A stretch of DNA of 58,136 nt from Candidatus Uhrbacteria bacterium (GTDB lineage: Bacteria > Patescibacteriota > Patescibacteriia > UBA9934). How positions within the stretch are numbered: the stretch's first letter is position 1; every line of letters starts with the position of its first letter. Under the pieces are notes generated by a model that did not search any database, was not told the DNA's origin, and saw nothing but the letters and a program-made list of their open reading frames with translations. The position numbers and the translations under genes are program-made. Location of the stretch: positions 1 through 58,136 of the forward strand of contig CAINGB010000009.1 in assembly GCA_903848275.1 (NCBI GenBank), given 5' to 3'. Positions 38,583-48,439 of this stretch are shown one piece after another.

Positions 38583-39716
38583 ATGGAATCGACTTTTTTA
38601 GAAAATTTGTTATCAAATCCGATCGGGCTTTTCGAACTTGAGAAGCGCATATCTTCTTTCAATGTGTTCGAGGCAACTGGCGCGGTGCGCCGAGAACTTA
38701 GGCACTCGGACTTTATCGGGTTCCTTTTTGATCCATCCGAAACTCACGGACTCGACGAGACCCTTTTTCGCATATTTTGCGAGAGCTTCAACATCAACAT
38801 TTCTCAAACTCCAATCGTCACCGTTTCCCGCGAGTGGGAGCACATCGATATCATGGTTCGCGACCGGGCGAACAAGGTTATCCTCGTCATCGAAAACAAA
38901 ATCGACACGTCGGAACACTCAGATCAGCTCCAGCGATATCGCAGAATTGTTGACGCCGCGTACCCGGATTACGCGCGTCATTATTTTTTTCTCACGAAGA
39001 CCGGAGAGGAACCGTCGGATAGCCACTATAAAATCCTCAGTTACGCGGATATCCGTTCATTTGTGGAGCGGCTAGCAAGCGCGTCCGGAACAGGTGACGT
39101 CGCAACCATCCTTATCCATTACGCCAACATGATTGAACGCCATTTTATGCCAGACAACGAAATAGCCCAGCTCTGCCGAAAAATTTACACGGATCACCGC
39201 AGAGCCATTGATCTCATCATTGAGCACAGACCAGAAGGCGGTGAGGACGTCTTCGACAAGCTCCGCGAGCTGATCGACCAGCGTCCGGATTTCGAACTCG
39301 ATCACTCCGACGTGCACCGTATTCGGTTCGCCGTTCCCGCTTGGGATAGTCTTCCTGACATGAAGACATCCAACTGGACGCCGAGCAAGCGATTCGTTCT
39401 CTTTGAAGCGAAGAACAATGTCGACGGAACCGAGCGCGTTCAACTCAAGTTGTTTCTTGGTCCGACGCCAAGTAGAATCAGAGAGGAGTTGTTCGGGCAC
39501 GTCCAAGGAGCGAAAGAAGCTTTCCGCCATAGCCGTCGCGAATTGGGCGAAAAGTGGGCGCAGGTCTACAATATCGAGCTTCTCGGTTCGGACGACGTTC
39601 AACAGGACGACAAGCTGAAGATGCTTGAAAACAACTGGAACCACTTTTTGCGACAAGATTTTCCACTGATTGATCAGAGTATCCGCGCATTCATCGAGTC
39701 CCAGGATTCCAAATAA
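38583..39716 (+). CDS. PD-(D/E)XK nuclease family protein (PDDEXK_4-like)
   Basis: ELRHSDFIGFLFDP..HG, REWEHIDI, VIENKIDTSEHSDQLQRY. Confidence 0.85.
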   Translation: MESTFLENLLSNPIGLFELEKRISSFNVFEATGAVRRELRHSDFIGFLFDPSETHGLDETLFRIFCESFNINISQTPIVTVSREWEHIDIMVRDRANKVILVIENKIDTSEHSDQLQRYRRIVDAAYPDYARHYFFLTKTGEEPSDSHYKILSYADIRSFVERLASASGTGDVATILIHYANMIERHFMPDNEIAQLCRKIYTDHRRAIDLIIEHRPEGGEDVFDKLRELIDQRPDFELDHSDVHRIRFAVPAWDSLPDMKTSNWTPSKRFVLFEAKNNVDGTERVQLKLFLGPTPSRIREELFGHVQGAKEAFRHSRRELGEKWAQVYNIELLGSDDVQQDDKLKMLENNWNHFLRQDFPLIDQSIRAFIESQDSK

Positions 39717-39721
39717 AGCCT

Positions 39722-41188
39722 ATGTTGACCAAATCCAACTTCATGCAATTTCTCCGTTGTTCCTGCGAGCTGTGGCTCGTGAAGCAGCGGCCGGATTTGG
39801 TTCCGCCAATCGATCCTGCTCTCCAGCGCATCTTCGACGAAGGAAACGTGGTCGACGCGTGGGCACAGAAGCTATTCCCAGGTGGCGTGAACGTCGACGG
39901 GTTCGGTAAGCCTGCCGCCGAGAATACGAAAAAGGCGATCGCGAATGGTGCGACTATTTTGTTACAGCCGACGTTCATGACGGCGAAGCTTTCTTGTCGT
40001 TGCGACATTCTTACGAAGAACGCTGACGGCTCGTGGGACATCTACGAGGTAAAGAGCTCAACGGACGTCAAAGAAGAACACATTACCGACGTTGCCTTCC
40101 AACGCATCTGCATCGAAGAGGCTGGCATTCGTATTTCGCGGACGTTCCTCGTCCATATCAACAACCAGTACGTTCGTAACGGTGAGATCGACCCGGAACA
40201 GCTGTTCTCCAAAGTCGACGTCACACACGAAGTCGAAAACGTCATGCCGATGGCGAAGAAGGAAATCCCTCGTGCTCTCGCCGTACTCGATTGGGAAAAG
40301 ATGCCGAGACTCATGCATGTCATGTCCTGCAATGATCCAGCCGAATGCGAATTCCTCGCCTGTTATTTTTCGGAATTTAAGGACGACGATAAATATTCCA
40401 TCGCTGCATCGCTTCCCAAAGAAAAGCTCGTCACTTTCATCGAACGCGGCTTGATTACACCCGACCAAGTTCCAGCCGATGTTATGGCTGAACTTGGTGA
40501 TATCAAGTTACCGAACACGAAGGCTGAGCCGACGCTTTCGATTGATAAGGATGCGATCAGGTCAGAACTGGACGGTTTGCAGTACCCGCTCTACTTCCTT
40601 GATTACGAAACTCAACACTCCGCTGTCCCTACGTTCGATGGCTACCGACCATACCAGCAGATGGTTTTTCAATATTCCGTCCATGTCGTGCGCGAGCCGG
40701 GAATGGAGCCAGAACACTACGAATTCCTCGCCGATCAACCGAAAGATCCCGCATCGATGGTCGCAGAGTCTCTCAAGAAACATATTGGCGATGTCGGAAG
40801 CGTCATCGTTTGGAATGCTCGTTTCGAAGCTTCGCGCAACGCGGAGATTGGTGAACACCTGCCCGAGTTCGCGGACTTCATGGCTGACATCAACAACCGC
40901 ATCTACGACCTCATGATGATCGTGAAGAAGGGCTACTACGTCGACTCCCGTTTCGGCGGCAGCGCATCTATTAAGCGTGTTTTGCCCGTCATGTGTCCCG
41001 AGCTGTCGTACAACGATCTCACCATTCACGAAGGAGGAACGGCATCCGCAAGCTGGGCGACGCTCACGAACCCAGCGATTCCGGTCGATCAGCGAGAGCA
41101 GTTGCGTAAGGACATGCTCGCGTATTGTGGATTGGACACTTACGCAATGTATGCGATTTTTCTCAAGCTCCTCACGTCCTGTTCGTGA
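39722..41188 (+). CDS. DUF2779-like protein (RecB/Cas4-like nuclease plus RNase-H-like exonuclease region)
   Basis: LTKSNF..C; RCDIL...YEVKSST...DVAFQ; PLYFLDYET...PYQQMVFQYSVH; YCGLDT. Confidence 0.85.
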   Translation: MLTKSNFMQFLRCSCELWLVKQRPDLVPPIDPALQRIFDEGNVVDAWAQKLFPGGVNVDGFGKPAAENTKKAIANGATILLQPTFMTAKLSCRCDILTKNADGSWDIYEVKSSTDVKEEHITDVAFQRICIEEAGIRISRTFLVHINNQYVRNGEIDPEQLFSKVDVTHEVENVMPMAKKEIPRALAVLDWEKMPRLMHVMSCNDPAECEFLACYFSEFKDDDKYSIAASLPKEKLVTFIERGLITPDQVPADVMAELGDIKLPNTKAEPTLSIDKDAIRSELDGLQYPLYFLDYETQHSAVPTFDGYRPYQQMVFQYSVHVVREPGMEPEHYEFLADQPKDPASMVAESLKKHIGDVGSVIVWNARFEASRNAEIGEHLPEFADFMADINNRIYDLMMIVKKGYYVDSRFGGSASIKRVLPVMCPELSYNDLTIHEGGTASASWATLTNPAIPVDQREQLRKDMLAYCGLDTYAMYAIFLKLLTSCS

Positions 41189-42929
41189 TTTTTGTAGTGA
41201 CAGAATTGGTTGATGGTTGTGCGGAAGTCATAGGAACTCTTTCTTGCATCCGTTCTTGCTTACGCAGGATCACGGAAGCTTGATATTCTCCGCGCGTGAA
41301 TTGCTTTCTCGGCGGCGGTGCAATTGATCTCCAGACCCCAGGCGCAATCCATTCCACACCGTCAGTTTTATAACGTGCGTTCATTGCCAGTTCGATCTCG
41401 GGCATCTTTTCGACCGCTTTTATCTGAATGTCGGCTTCTTGCCATGATTGTTGTAAATCGATCGGAATGATCTGTTTATAGTCACCGGTCGCCATTCCGA
41501 TCTCCATCTTCGCTCGATTTTTTGTGTGTACCGAAAGAATAAGAGTCGTTAGTGCATCGACAAGATCATCATGCTTTGCCGCTCCAAAGTTCACGAGTTG
41601 CTCAATCAATGCATTCGCGCCGCTCCTCGGGAAAAGCACCATACCGGTCTTTATCAATGCGCTGATACCGTATAGCCTTTCTCGCTTGTCCATCTGTCCG
41701 GGCAAATATTCCGTAACGCGTCGAACGCCGAGAACTTTTAAGTGTTGTCCGAAAACCGCTTGGTAGGCTACTTTTTCGTAGAACACTTCGACGTTTTGTT
41801 TGCTGCCGATAGCATCAATGAGTGACACGCATGCCCTGATAGATGGGTCGAATTCTAATTGAGCGTTTAAGACGTTTGGGAGAATGTAAATTTTCTGATC
41901 GACTCCATGACCCTCAACGATCGCTGGGATCATCGCGGTCTTGTCGCGCCCCTGCTTTGTACTGCTTGCGAGATCGACGCCCAAAACACGAAATGTCGAT
42001 CCTGTGAATTTGTAATCCGGCTCGTAGTAGACGATGTCTTTCTTCTCAATAATCTGCTCGTCGGGCGGAATGATTTCGAGCCGGTATTCCTGTCTCCACG
42101 TTTTGATGGATGGAAACGACTGCTTGAACGCCTCGATGCTCGCTTTGTCCGGAAACTTTCCAGGCCAGGCACAGACACCTTTCTTACCGATGAGCGGACA
42201 CTTGATTACCTCGGCATCGAACGTCCCCGCCTTCACCTTCGCGATGATGCGGTTCGGCAGGCTGTCCTCGTGAAGGTTGTTCGCGATCATGATGACGCGC
42301 GTGCCGATGTCGCCCGCGCCGAGCAAGTCGCTATTGAACCAATCCTCCAGCTTGTCGCGCGATTCCTGCATGCGAACCGACGCGGTGTCCTCGATGTCGT
42401 CAAGAATGAGCACGTCGGGGCGGTAGTGCTTGAAACGCACGCCGCGCATCGACTGCTCGACGGAGATGCCCGCGATCTGCGCGTCGTACTTCTGGAACGT
42501 CAGCGCGGTTGAGTTCCACGGCGTGGTTTCCTCAGACACCGCGCCGAAGTCATTCTGAAGCATCGTGTTCGTCTCGAACTCTCGCTTGATCGCGTCGATG
42601 AATTTCTTCGTCTGTTCGACGGTCTTTCCGACGATAAGGACGAAGTGTTTCTGTTGTTCGCCGAGAATTGCCCAGATCGGGTACGACATGGTGCAGATCG
42701 TGCTCTTCGCGCTTCCACGGAACGTCATTGCGACCGCGAACCGAACCTTGTCGTCCTGCGTGAGGTCGAAGAGCATCCGGTGGATGTCGGCGGACGGGTA
42801 TTTGATGTAGTCGCCGAAATACGCCCCAAAGAATGCCAGGTGCGACTTCCGCGCAAGGTCAATTCTCGCCGTCTTGTTGTTCATCACCAGATCCAGCGTC
42901 TGCTGGTCCAGCTGGTTGCTGTTTGTCAT
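41172..42929 (-). CDS. Phage terminase large-subunit-like protein
   Basis: FRGSAKST Walker A, RPDVLILDDIED Walker B, GVDLA and HDDLVDA nuclease acidic residues. Confidence 0.85.
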   Translation of the reverse strand: MTNSNQLDQQTLDLVMNNKTARIDLARKSHLAFFGAYFGDYIKYPSADIHRMLFDLTQDDKVRFAVAMTFRGSAKSTICTMSYPIWAILGEQQKHFVLIVGKTVEQTKKFIDAIKREFETNTMLQNDFGAVSEETTPWNSTALTFQKYDAQIAGISVEQSMRGVRFKHYRPDVLILDDIEDTASVRMQESRDKLEDWFNSDLLGAGDIGTRVIMIANNLHEDSLPNRIIAKVKAGTFDAEVIKCPLIGKKGVCAWPGKFPDKASIEAFKQSFPSIKTWRQEYRLEIIPPDEQIIEKKDIVYYEPDYKFTGSTFRVLGVDLASSTKQGRDKTAMIPAIVEGHGVDQKIYILPNVLNAQLEFDPSIRACVSLIDAIGSKQNVEVFYEKVAYQAVFGQHLKVLGVRRVTEYLPGQMDKRERLYGISALIKTGMVLFPRSGANALIEQLVNFGAAKHDDLVDALTTLILSVHTKNRAKMEIGMATGDYKQIIPIDLQQSWQEADIQIKAVEKMPEIELAMNARYKTDGVEWIAPGVWRSIAPPPRKQFTRGEYQASVILRKQERMQERVPMTSAQPSTNSVTTKITNRT

Positions 42930-43350
42930 ATGGTTCCATGTTGGTAGAGATAAGTCCGAGCTTTTGGTAAGCATCGGCAAGCATCTGTTTTTCCTTGTCG
43001 GTCAGCTCCTGCTTTACGGGAGTCGTGATCTGCACCTTGTTCGCGTACGCCTTGTGACGGTTGCGGAGCCAGAACGAAATTGCGGCGAAGTTCTGTTCCT
43101 TGATCGCGCTGATGAGTTGCGATTCTGCCATGTCGTTGATGAATCCCGTTCCTTCGCTGAGTGCCTCCTCAGTTTGCGTAGCGAACGTCGCATCTTCCGC
43201 GATCCATCGATAATACGTCGCGCGGGAGACGCCGAGCTTCTCGCACGCAACCTGCACGATGGGAATCTTGCGAAGATGATCGACGAGAAGCTTTTTCTGT
43301 TCCTCCTGTCGCTTGTCGATGAGTGGGCTATTTCGCTTTATCTTTGGCAT
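42859..43350 (-). CDS. HTH protein / terminase small-subunit-like
   Basis: IVQVACEKLGVSRATYYRW HTH, AISFWL; immediately upstream of the terminase gene. Confidence 0.7.
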   Translation of the reverse strand: MPKIKRNSPLIDKRQEEQKKLLVDHLRKIPIVQVACEKLGVSRATYYRWIAEDATFATQTEEALSEGTGFINDMAESQLISAIKEQNFAAISFWLRNRHKAYANKVQITTPVKQELTDKEKQMLADAYQKLGLISTNMEPYDKQQPAGPADAGSGDEQQDGEN

Positions 43351-44131
43351 AGGTCATGAGCTTTACTGCTTTTATGCCTGTCTTCTTTTCGAATCTGTCG
43401 ATGATCGTCGCAATGTACTCGTGATCGATCTCAACTCCGTAGCACCTGCGCCTCGTATCCTCACACGCGATAACTGCGGTTCCGCTTCCGAGAAAAGCGT
43501 CATAAACAACGTCACCAACTTGTGATGAGTTGAGAATCAGTCGACGGATCAATCCCGTAGGCTTTTGCGTAGGATGCAATGCGGACTTCGACGGCTTCGG
43601 ATACACGATCACCGATTTATCTTTTGACTTGAAGAACCGATGGGTGCCATGCCAGGCGTACGCAATAAGTTCGTGTTGGCCAATATAATCGAGCCGCCCA
43701 ATCACCGCGTGGTGCTTCACCCATACGAGCAACTGTGTGAATGTCATGCCCGCGTCGAGCATGCCCTCGCGCATCGCGAAGATCATCTTGTCGGCATTGA
43801 ACAGGTACGCGGCGTTCTTCTTTGCCATATGCGGAACGACCGCATCGAGCCACGCCTTGGTGAACGCCCGATATTGTTCGTCTGTTTGGTTGTGATCGTT
43901 CTGAATTTCTTTCTCCTTCGCAATCTTAATGTTCAATCCCTGTTTGCTCGTTGCGTACGCGACTCCGTAAGGCGCGTCCGCGCAGATGAGTGCGACGCGT
44001 TCGTCGCCAAGGAGCGCGGAGACAAGACCCGCATCGCAACTGTCGCCACAGGCAATCCTGTGATCGCCCAAGATGAAAATATCCCCGTACTTAATTGATG
44101 AGTTTTGCTTTGTCTCCGGAGAGGGCTTCAT
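43328..44131 (-). CDS. N6/N4 DNA methyltransferase (beta class)
   Basis: DAPYG, HPTQKP, YDAFLGSGT. Confidence 0.88.
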   Translation of the reverse strand: MKPSPETKQNSSIKYGDIFILGDHRIACGDSCDAGLVSALLGDERVALICADAPYGVAYATSKQGLNIKIAKEKEIQNDHNQTDEQYRAFTKAWLDAVVPHMAKKNAAYLFNADKMIFAMREGMLDAGMTFTQLLVWVKHHAVIGRLDYIGQHELIAYAWHGTHRFFKSKDKSVIVYPKPSKSALHPTQKPTGLIRRLILNSSQVGDVVYDAFLGSGTAVIACEDTRRRCYGVEIDHEYIATIIDRFEKKTGIKAVKLMTYAKDKAK

Positions 44132-45395
44132 ATCTGTCGATGATTACTTGAGTAAATACTGGCGACTGTTCGATCATGAATGCCTTTCGTCGCATTTGCT
44201 CGCATGAAGTCATGAGGGATCCCGACCCCGCGCATAAATCCAAAACGCAGTCACCGATTTTTGTGCATCGGCGCAATGGCTTTTCATGTAATGAGGTAGG
44301 TTTTTCCGTTGGATGCGTGTAATCCTGTCCGTTCACGCGTTTCGCGAGCCATACGTCGAACAAGTCCTCAATGTCGTCGATCGTACGATTGCCTGGTTGA
44401 ACATCGCGGTTCAAGATTTCCGTAACGCTCGTAACCGCGCTGTTGAGGAACGGCTTTCCAATGGTTCCGTAGACGCACGGCTCGTACGCCTTGTTGAACG
44501 CCACCTGTGGGGTCATATTGAACGAGTTCTTTATCCATAAGCAGGTGCGCTTGTTCGTGATGCCGAGCTCGCGGTAGAGATCCTGCAACATGCCGACGTA
44601 GTTCTGATCGCACCACGAGAAGACGTGCGCGTCTTCCGCGAGAACAGTCTTCCCATTTTCCAAACACGTCTTCAGGAACGCACGGTATTCGTCGTAAGTT
44701 TTCGCATCGTTCACCTCGCCGTTATATTTTCCTTTCGTGCTGATGCCTTTTGAATAATCGAGTTTTATGTTGTACGGAAAATCCGTGTAGAACATCTGGA
44801 TCTTCGCGTCACCAACAACTAGCTTTACGTTTTCGAGCACAGTTGAATCCGCGCAGAGGACGCGATGATTTCCAAGTTGGTACAGCTGTCCGCTCTTCAC
44901 TTGCGTTGCCTTCGCTTCCTTGACCGCCTGCTCGACATCAAAGTTGTTGTCCTCGGTAGAGAGGGAGTCGCCCCAAATGTCGTTGAGGTCGCCGTCATCG
45001 AAGCCGATGTCCAGCAGTTCGCCGATGTCGAACGCCTTCAACAGCTCAAAGTCCCACGCGCCCGTATTCTTGTTGAGACGAATCAATAGCTCACGCTCCT
45101 TGTCGATATCTGGGATATTTACGTACACCACAGGTACTTCGGTGAATCCGAGATCCTTGGCACATGCCCAGCGGAAATGTCCACCGATTAAAATGTTCTC
45201 GCGTCCCTTCGCGCTGTTGCAGATCAGTGGATCGACCATGCCAAACTTACGAATGCTCTCGCGAAGCTTTTCCGCCGCGGGCTCGTCCCACGTGCGCGGG
45301 TTCTTTTCGTTCGCCCGTAATGAATTAATGGGTACGTTCACGATCTTGAGATCGTCTGCGGCCGCTTTTGACCGCACTAAAGAAGGCTTCTTCAT
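44091..45395 (-). CDS. ParB-like N-terminal domain fused to DNA methyltransferase
   Basis: NPRTW...GGHFRW ParB/Srx motif; TDFPYN, HPTEKP, LDLCAGSGS. Confidence 0.88.
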   Translation of the reverse strand: MKKPSLVRSKAAADDLKIVNVPINSLRANEKNPRTWDEPAAEKLRESIRKFGMVDPLICNSAKGRENILIGGHFRWACAKDLGFTEVPVVYVNIPDIDKERELLIRLNKNTGAWDFELLKAFDIGELLDIGFDDGDLNDIWGDSLSTEDNNFDVEQAVKEAKATQVKSGQLYQLGNHRVLCADSTVLENVKLVVGDAKIQMFYTDFPYNIKLDYSKGISTKGKYNGEVNDAKTYDEYRAFLKTCLENGKTVLAEDAHVFSWCDQNYVGMLQDLYRELGITNKRTCLWIKNSFNMTPQVAFNKAYEPCVYGTIGKPFLNSAVTSVTEILNRDVQPGNRTIDDIEDLFDVWLAKRVNGQDYTHPTEKPTSLHEKPLRRCTKIGDCVLDLCAGSGSLMTSCEQMRRKAFMIEQSPVFTQVIIDRYEALSGDKAKLIN

Positions 45396-45539
45396 ATGAA
45401 GAGTCATTTTAAAGTGATGGAACGCTAGTGCGTTCTTCATCGGTCGCGGGAGCCGCCCCGCCGTACCTACGCGCCTGCGGACAATACTTGTCCTTGGTGG
45501 TGACCCTATGTCGCCTCTAGGGCGATCTGCTTGAAAACA

Positions 45540-45567
45540 AGTGTACTACTGCGGCGAGAAGAGTCAA
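45540..45567 (-). promoter_or_regulatory. Putative promoter of the methylase-terminase operon
   Basis: Minus strand TTGACT-N16-TACACT. Confidence 0.5.
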
Positions 45568-45716
45568 ATATTGTCTAATATTAGCAAAGTTAACAAACTC
45601 GACAAAGTAAAAAAGTTTCAAAGAAAATATGGCTTATGTTCGTCGTAATTTGAATGTTTGACAAACGACTTGAAAGAGTAGAAAATAGGGCTGTCGGGCT
45701 TGTCCACAACCAAATT

Positions 45717-46364
45717 ATGAACAAATTCCAGCAAAAACTCATCGAGCTTGCCCGGAAGCGAGACATCAACCACATGACACGCCAAGAGCTTGCCGACGCG
45801 GTGGGTTTGAAGTATCCAAGTCACGTGTATTACCACCTTAATCGGTTGGTCGAGGAGAAGATTTTCGGCTATACGAAGGAACGTCAATTCTTCGTGAATT
45901 CAGCCTTCGCCGAAGGACGTGCTGGATTTTGGAAAATGCCAATTCTCGGAACTGCGACATGCGGAGACGCTACGGCGTTCGCGGACGAAGCCGTCGATGG
46001 ATACGTCAGCATCTCAACTCGATATGCTCCGGATGATTCCAAATGGCTTGGTGTTCGCGCCGTTGGCGATTCGATGAATGAGGCAAGCGTCAACGGTAAC
46101 AGCATCGAGGAAGGCGACGTAGTGGTGGTAAATCCGAACGACAAACTTCCTCACAACGGTGCGTACGTGCTTTCCGTCATCGACGGTCTCGCGAACATCA
46201 AACGTTTCTATCGAGACGAGAACGGACAGATCACGCTCGCCTCCGAGTCCACGTCACAACATGACCCGATCTTCATTCACCCCGACGATCCGTTGTCATA
46301 CGTCGTTGCCGGGATCGTAAAGCACGTGATCAAGAAGCCGAAGGCAGGTCATGATAATTCATAG
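45717..46364 (+). CDS. LexA/CI-like repressor with S24 autopeptidase domain
   Basis: HTH (TRQELADAVGLKYPSHVYYHL), TCG cleavage loop, VGDSM (Ser), ANIKRF (Lys). Confidence 0.9.
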   Translation: MNKFQQKLIELARKRDINHMTRQELADAVGLKYPSHVYYHLNRLVEEKIFGYTKERQFFVNSAFAEGRAGFWKMPILGTATCGDATAFADEAVDGYVSISTRYAPDDSKWLGVRAVGDSMNEASVNGNSIEEGDVVVVNPNDKLPHNGAYVLSVIDGLANIKRFYRDENGQITLASESTSQHDPIFIHPDDPLSYVVAGIVKHVIKKPKAGHDNS

Positions 46365-46366
46365 AT

Positions 46367-47545
46367 ATGTTCATTAAGAAATTTGCAGACATTAACGAAG
46401 ATGATCTCGTTCAGTTGATTTCAAATGGCGTGCCTGAGGGCACGAGCATTGAATACAAACGCGATCTTCCCGGTGAGAGTGATAGCGATAAGAAGGAGTT
46501 TCTTGCTGACGTTTCATCGTTCGCGAATACATCAGGTGGCTTTATTATTTACGGACTTCGCGAGGATGCTGGGCTTCCAAAGGAAATCACGCCATTGGTC
46601 ATCGAAGACACGGATGCCTACGTTCGAAAGATTGATGAAATGATTCGCATGAGCATCCAGCCGCGCATGGAAGCGACGCATCGTTTTATTGATGTCACCG
46701 GTGGTAAAGTTTTGTTGCTCAAAATTGAACGAAGCACCCTGCGACCGCATCGGGTCGTTTTTAAGGGTCATGATAAATTTTACATGCGTGGTGCCGCTGG
46801 AAAATATCCGATGGACACCACTCAATTGAGAGAGGCCTACTTACAAGGAGATTCGCTTTCCCAAAAAGTGAAAAACTTTCACACGGATCGTATTTCCGCA
46901 CTACGTGCCGGTGAGACACCCTTGCCCATGGCTTCCAAAAGCATGCTCTGCCTTCACATCATCCCTGCATCTGCCTTTAGTACTTCTCAGAGCCTAAAAG
47001 TCGCTGACCATCTTGACGATCAACGATTGCATCCAATTTGTTCGTCAGGATGGTCACCGCGAATAAATCTTGATGGAGTTTTGGTAACCGCAGGATCTCG
47101 TGGCGATGAAGGTGCGTTTGGCTATACACAACTTTATCGGTCAGGAATCATCGAAGCAGTTGCCTCTGGCATTCTCGGAGATGACCCGCGTGATGATGGG
47201 AATGTCTATATTCCGAGTCTCTTGTATGAGGATGAGATCAGAAAAGCCTTTCCGCGCTACATGGCGTTTCTTCAAGCGGCGGGAGTTCAGCCTCCGTTCA
47301 TCGTATTCTTGACCCTGACTGACGTAAAAGGCAAGCATCTCGGCGTTTCAAGTCGGTCTGTGTCGCTCCGCGATAGGTATCCAGTTGATCGTGATGTCTT
47401 GTCATTGCCGGAGTGCTACGTCGAAACTTATGACATGGACGTTGATTCGATTTTTCGTCCGATGTTTGATGTTGTTTGGAATTGTTGTGGCTATGCGCGA
47501 TCGAGAAACTACGACGATCAAGGTGTCTGGCAATCTGGAAGATAA
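46367..47545 (+). CDS. Schlafen/AlbA_2 domain protein
   Basis: PEGTSIEYKR...EFLADVSSFANTSGGFIIYG. Confidence 0.88.
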   Translation: MFIKKFADINEDDLVQLISNGVPEGTSIEYKRDLPGESDSDKKEFLADVSSFANTSGGFIIYGLREDAGLPKEITPLVIEDTDAYVRKIDEMIRMSIQPRMEATHRFIDVTGGKVLLLKIERSTLRPHRVVFKGHDKFYMRGAAGKYPMDTTQLREAYLQGDSLSQKVKNFHTDRISALRAGETPLPMASKSMLCLHIIPASAFSTSQSLKVADHLDDQRLHPICSSGWSPRINLDGVLVTAGSRGDEGAFGYTQLYRSGIIEAVASGILGDDPRDDGNVYIPSLLYEDEIRKAFPRYMAFLQAAGVQPPFIVFLTLTDVKGKHLGVSSRSVSLRDRYPVDRDVLSLPECYVETYDMDVDSIFRPMFDVVWNCCGYARSRNYDDQGVWQSGR

Positions 47546-47556
47546 ACGAAACGAAT

Positions 47557-48438
47557 ATGCGAACAAGCGAAGAACAATTGCAGACATGGGCTTCGGGGCC
47601 AAGTGACACCGAGCTTACGCGATGTCAGAATGCGAAATCGATGATCTACGATTGTCTGAAGGATCGTTTTGGAGAAGGAATTCAGGTGTTCCTTCAAGGG
47701 TCGTATCGAAATAGCACAAACGTGAAAAGGGAGAGCGATATCGATATCGTCGTTCTAAATCCTGATTATTATTACCCCGACTATTCTCACCTCGGTGTGC
47801 TTGAGCAATCTCGAGCAAAGGCACTCGCTGAATCTGCGGGCTATACCTTTTCACAATTCAAAACAGAGATTCACGGTCTTCTTGCTGCAACCTTCGGCAC
47901 AGGAGGCGTAATCCGAAAGAACAAGTGCATACACATCGAAGAGAATACATATCGAGTCAAGGCGGATGTCGTGCCTGCCTATATGCATCGAAGATATGTA
48001 AGCGGAGATCGCTGGCACGAAGGTATCGAGCTCGTCACAGATTCCGGCACTCGTATTCACAGCTTTCCAAAATATCATTACGAAAATGGAGTGGAGAAAA
48101 ACAGGGCGACATCTGAAAGGTATAAACCAACCGTACGCATCCTTAAACACATCAGAAATCGATTAGCTGAAGATGGTCTTATGCGTATGGAGGACATGCC
48201 TTCATTCTTTATCGAGTCCTTGACGTGGAACGCTTTGGATTCGTCCTTCTTCGCGGGGAGCAGTCATAAGGACAGGATCCCCGCGATCTTATCCGGCTTA
48301 CAGCTCCGATGCGGCAACCCTCTTCAGGCGATGGGTATGAAAGAAGTGAACAACCTTAAACCATTGTTCTCCGATGCCGCAGGGCGAACGTCAGCACAGG
48401 CAAACCGATTCATCTCCCTGGTTTTGGAAAACTATTAA
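47557..48438 (+). CDS. CBASS CD-NTase (CdnE-like cyclic dinucleotide synthase)
   Basis: SEEQLQTWASGPSDTE N-terminus, QGSYRNSTNVKRESDIDI (GS...DxD), ADVVPA, PSFFIESL. Confidence 0.88.
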   Translation: MRTSEEQLQTWASGPSDTELTRCQNAKSMIYDCLKDRFGEGIQVFLQGSYRNSTNVKRESDIDIVVLNPDYYYPDYSHLGVLEQSRAKALAESAGYTFSQFKTEIHGLLAATFGTGGVIRKNKCIHIEENTYRVKADVVPAYMHRRYVSGDRWHEGIELVTDSGTRIHSFPKYHYENGVEKNRATSERYKPTVRILKHIRNRLAEDGLMRMEDMPSFFIESLTWNALDSSFFAGSSHKDRIPAILSGLQLRCGNPLQAMGMKEVNNLKPLFSDAAGRTSAQANRFISLVLENY

Positions 48439-48439
48439 T

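Noticed and set aside
41172-46364. Complete prophage
   Set aside because: Terminase and repressor are present, but no portal, capsid, tail, lysis or replication genes were recognised.
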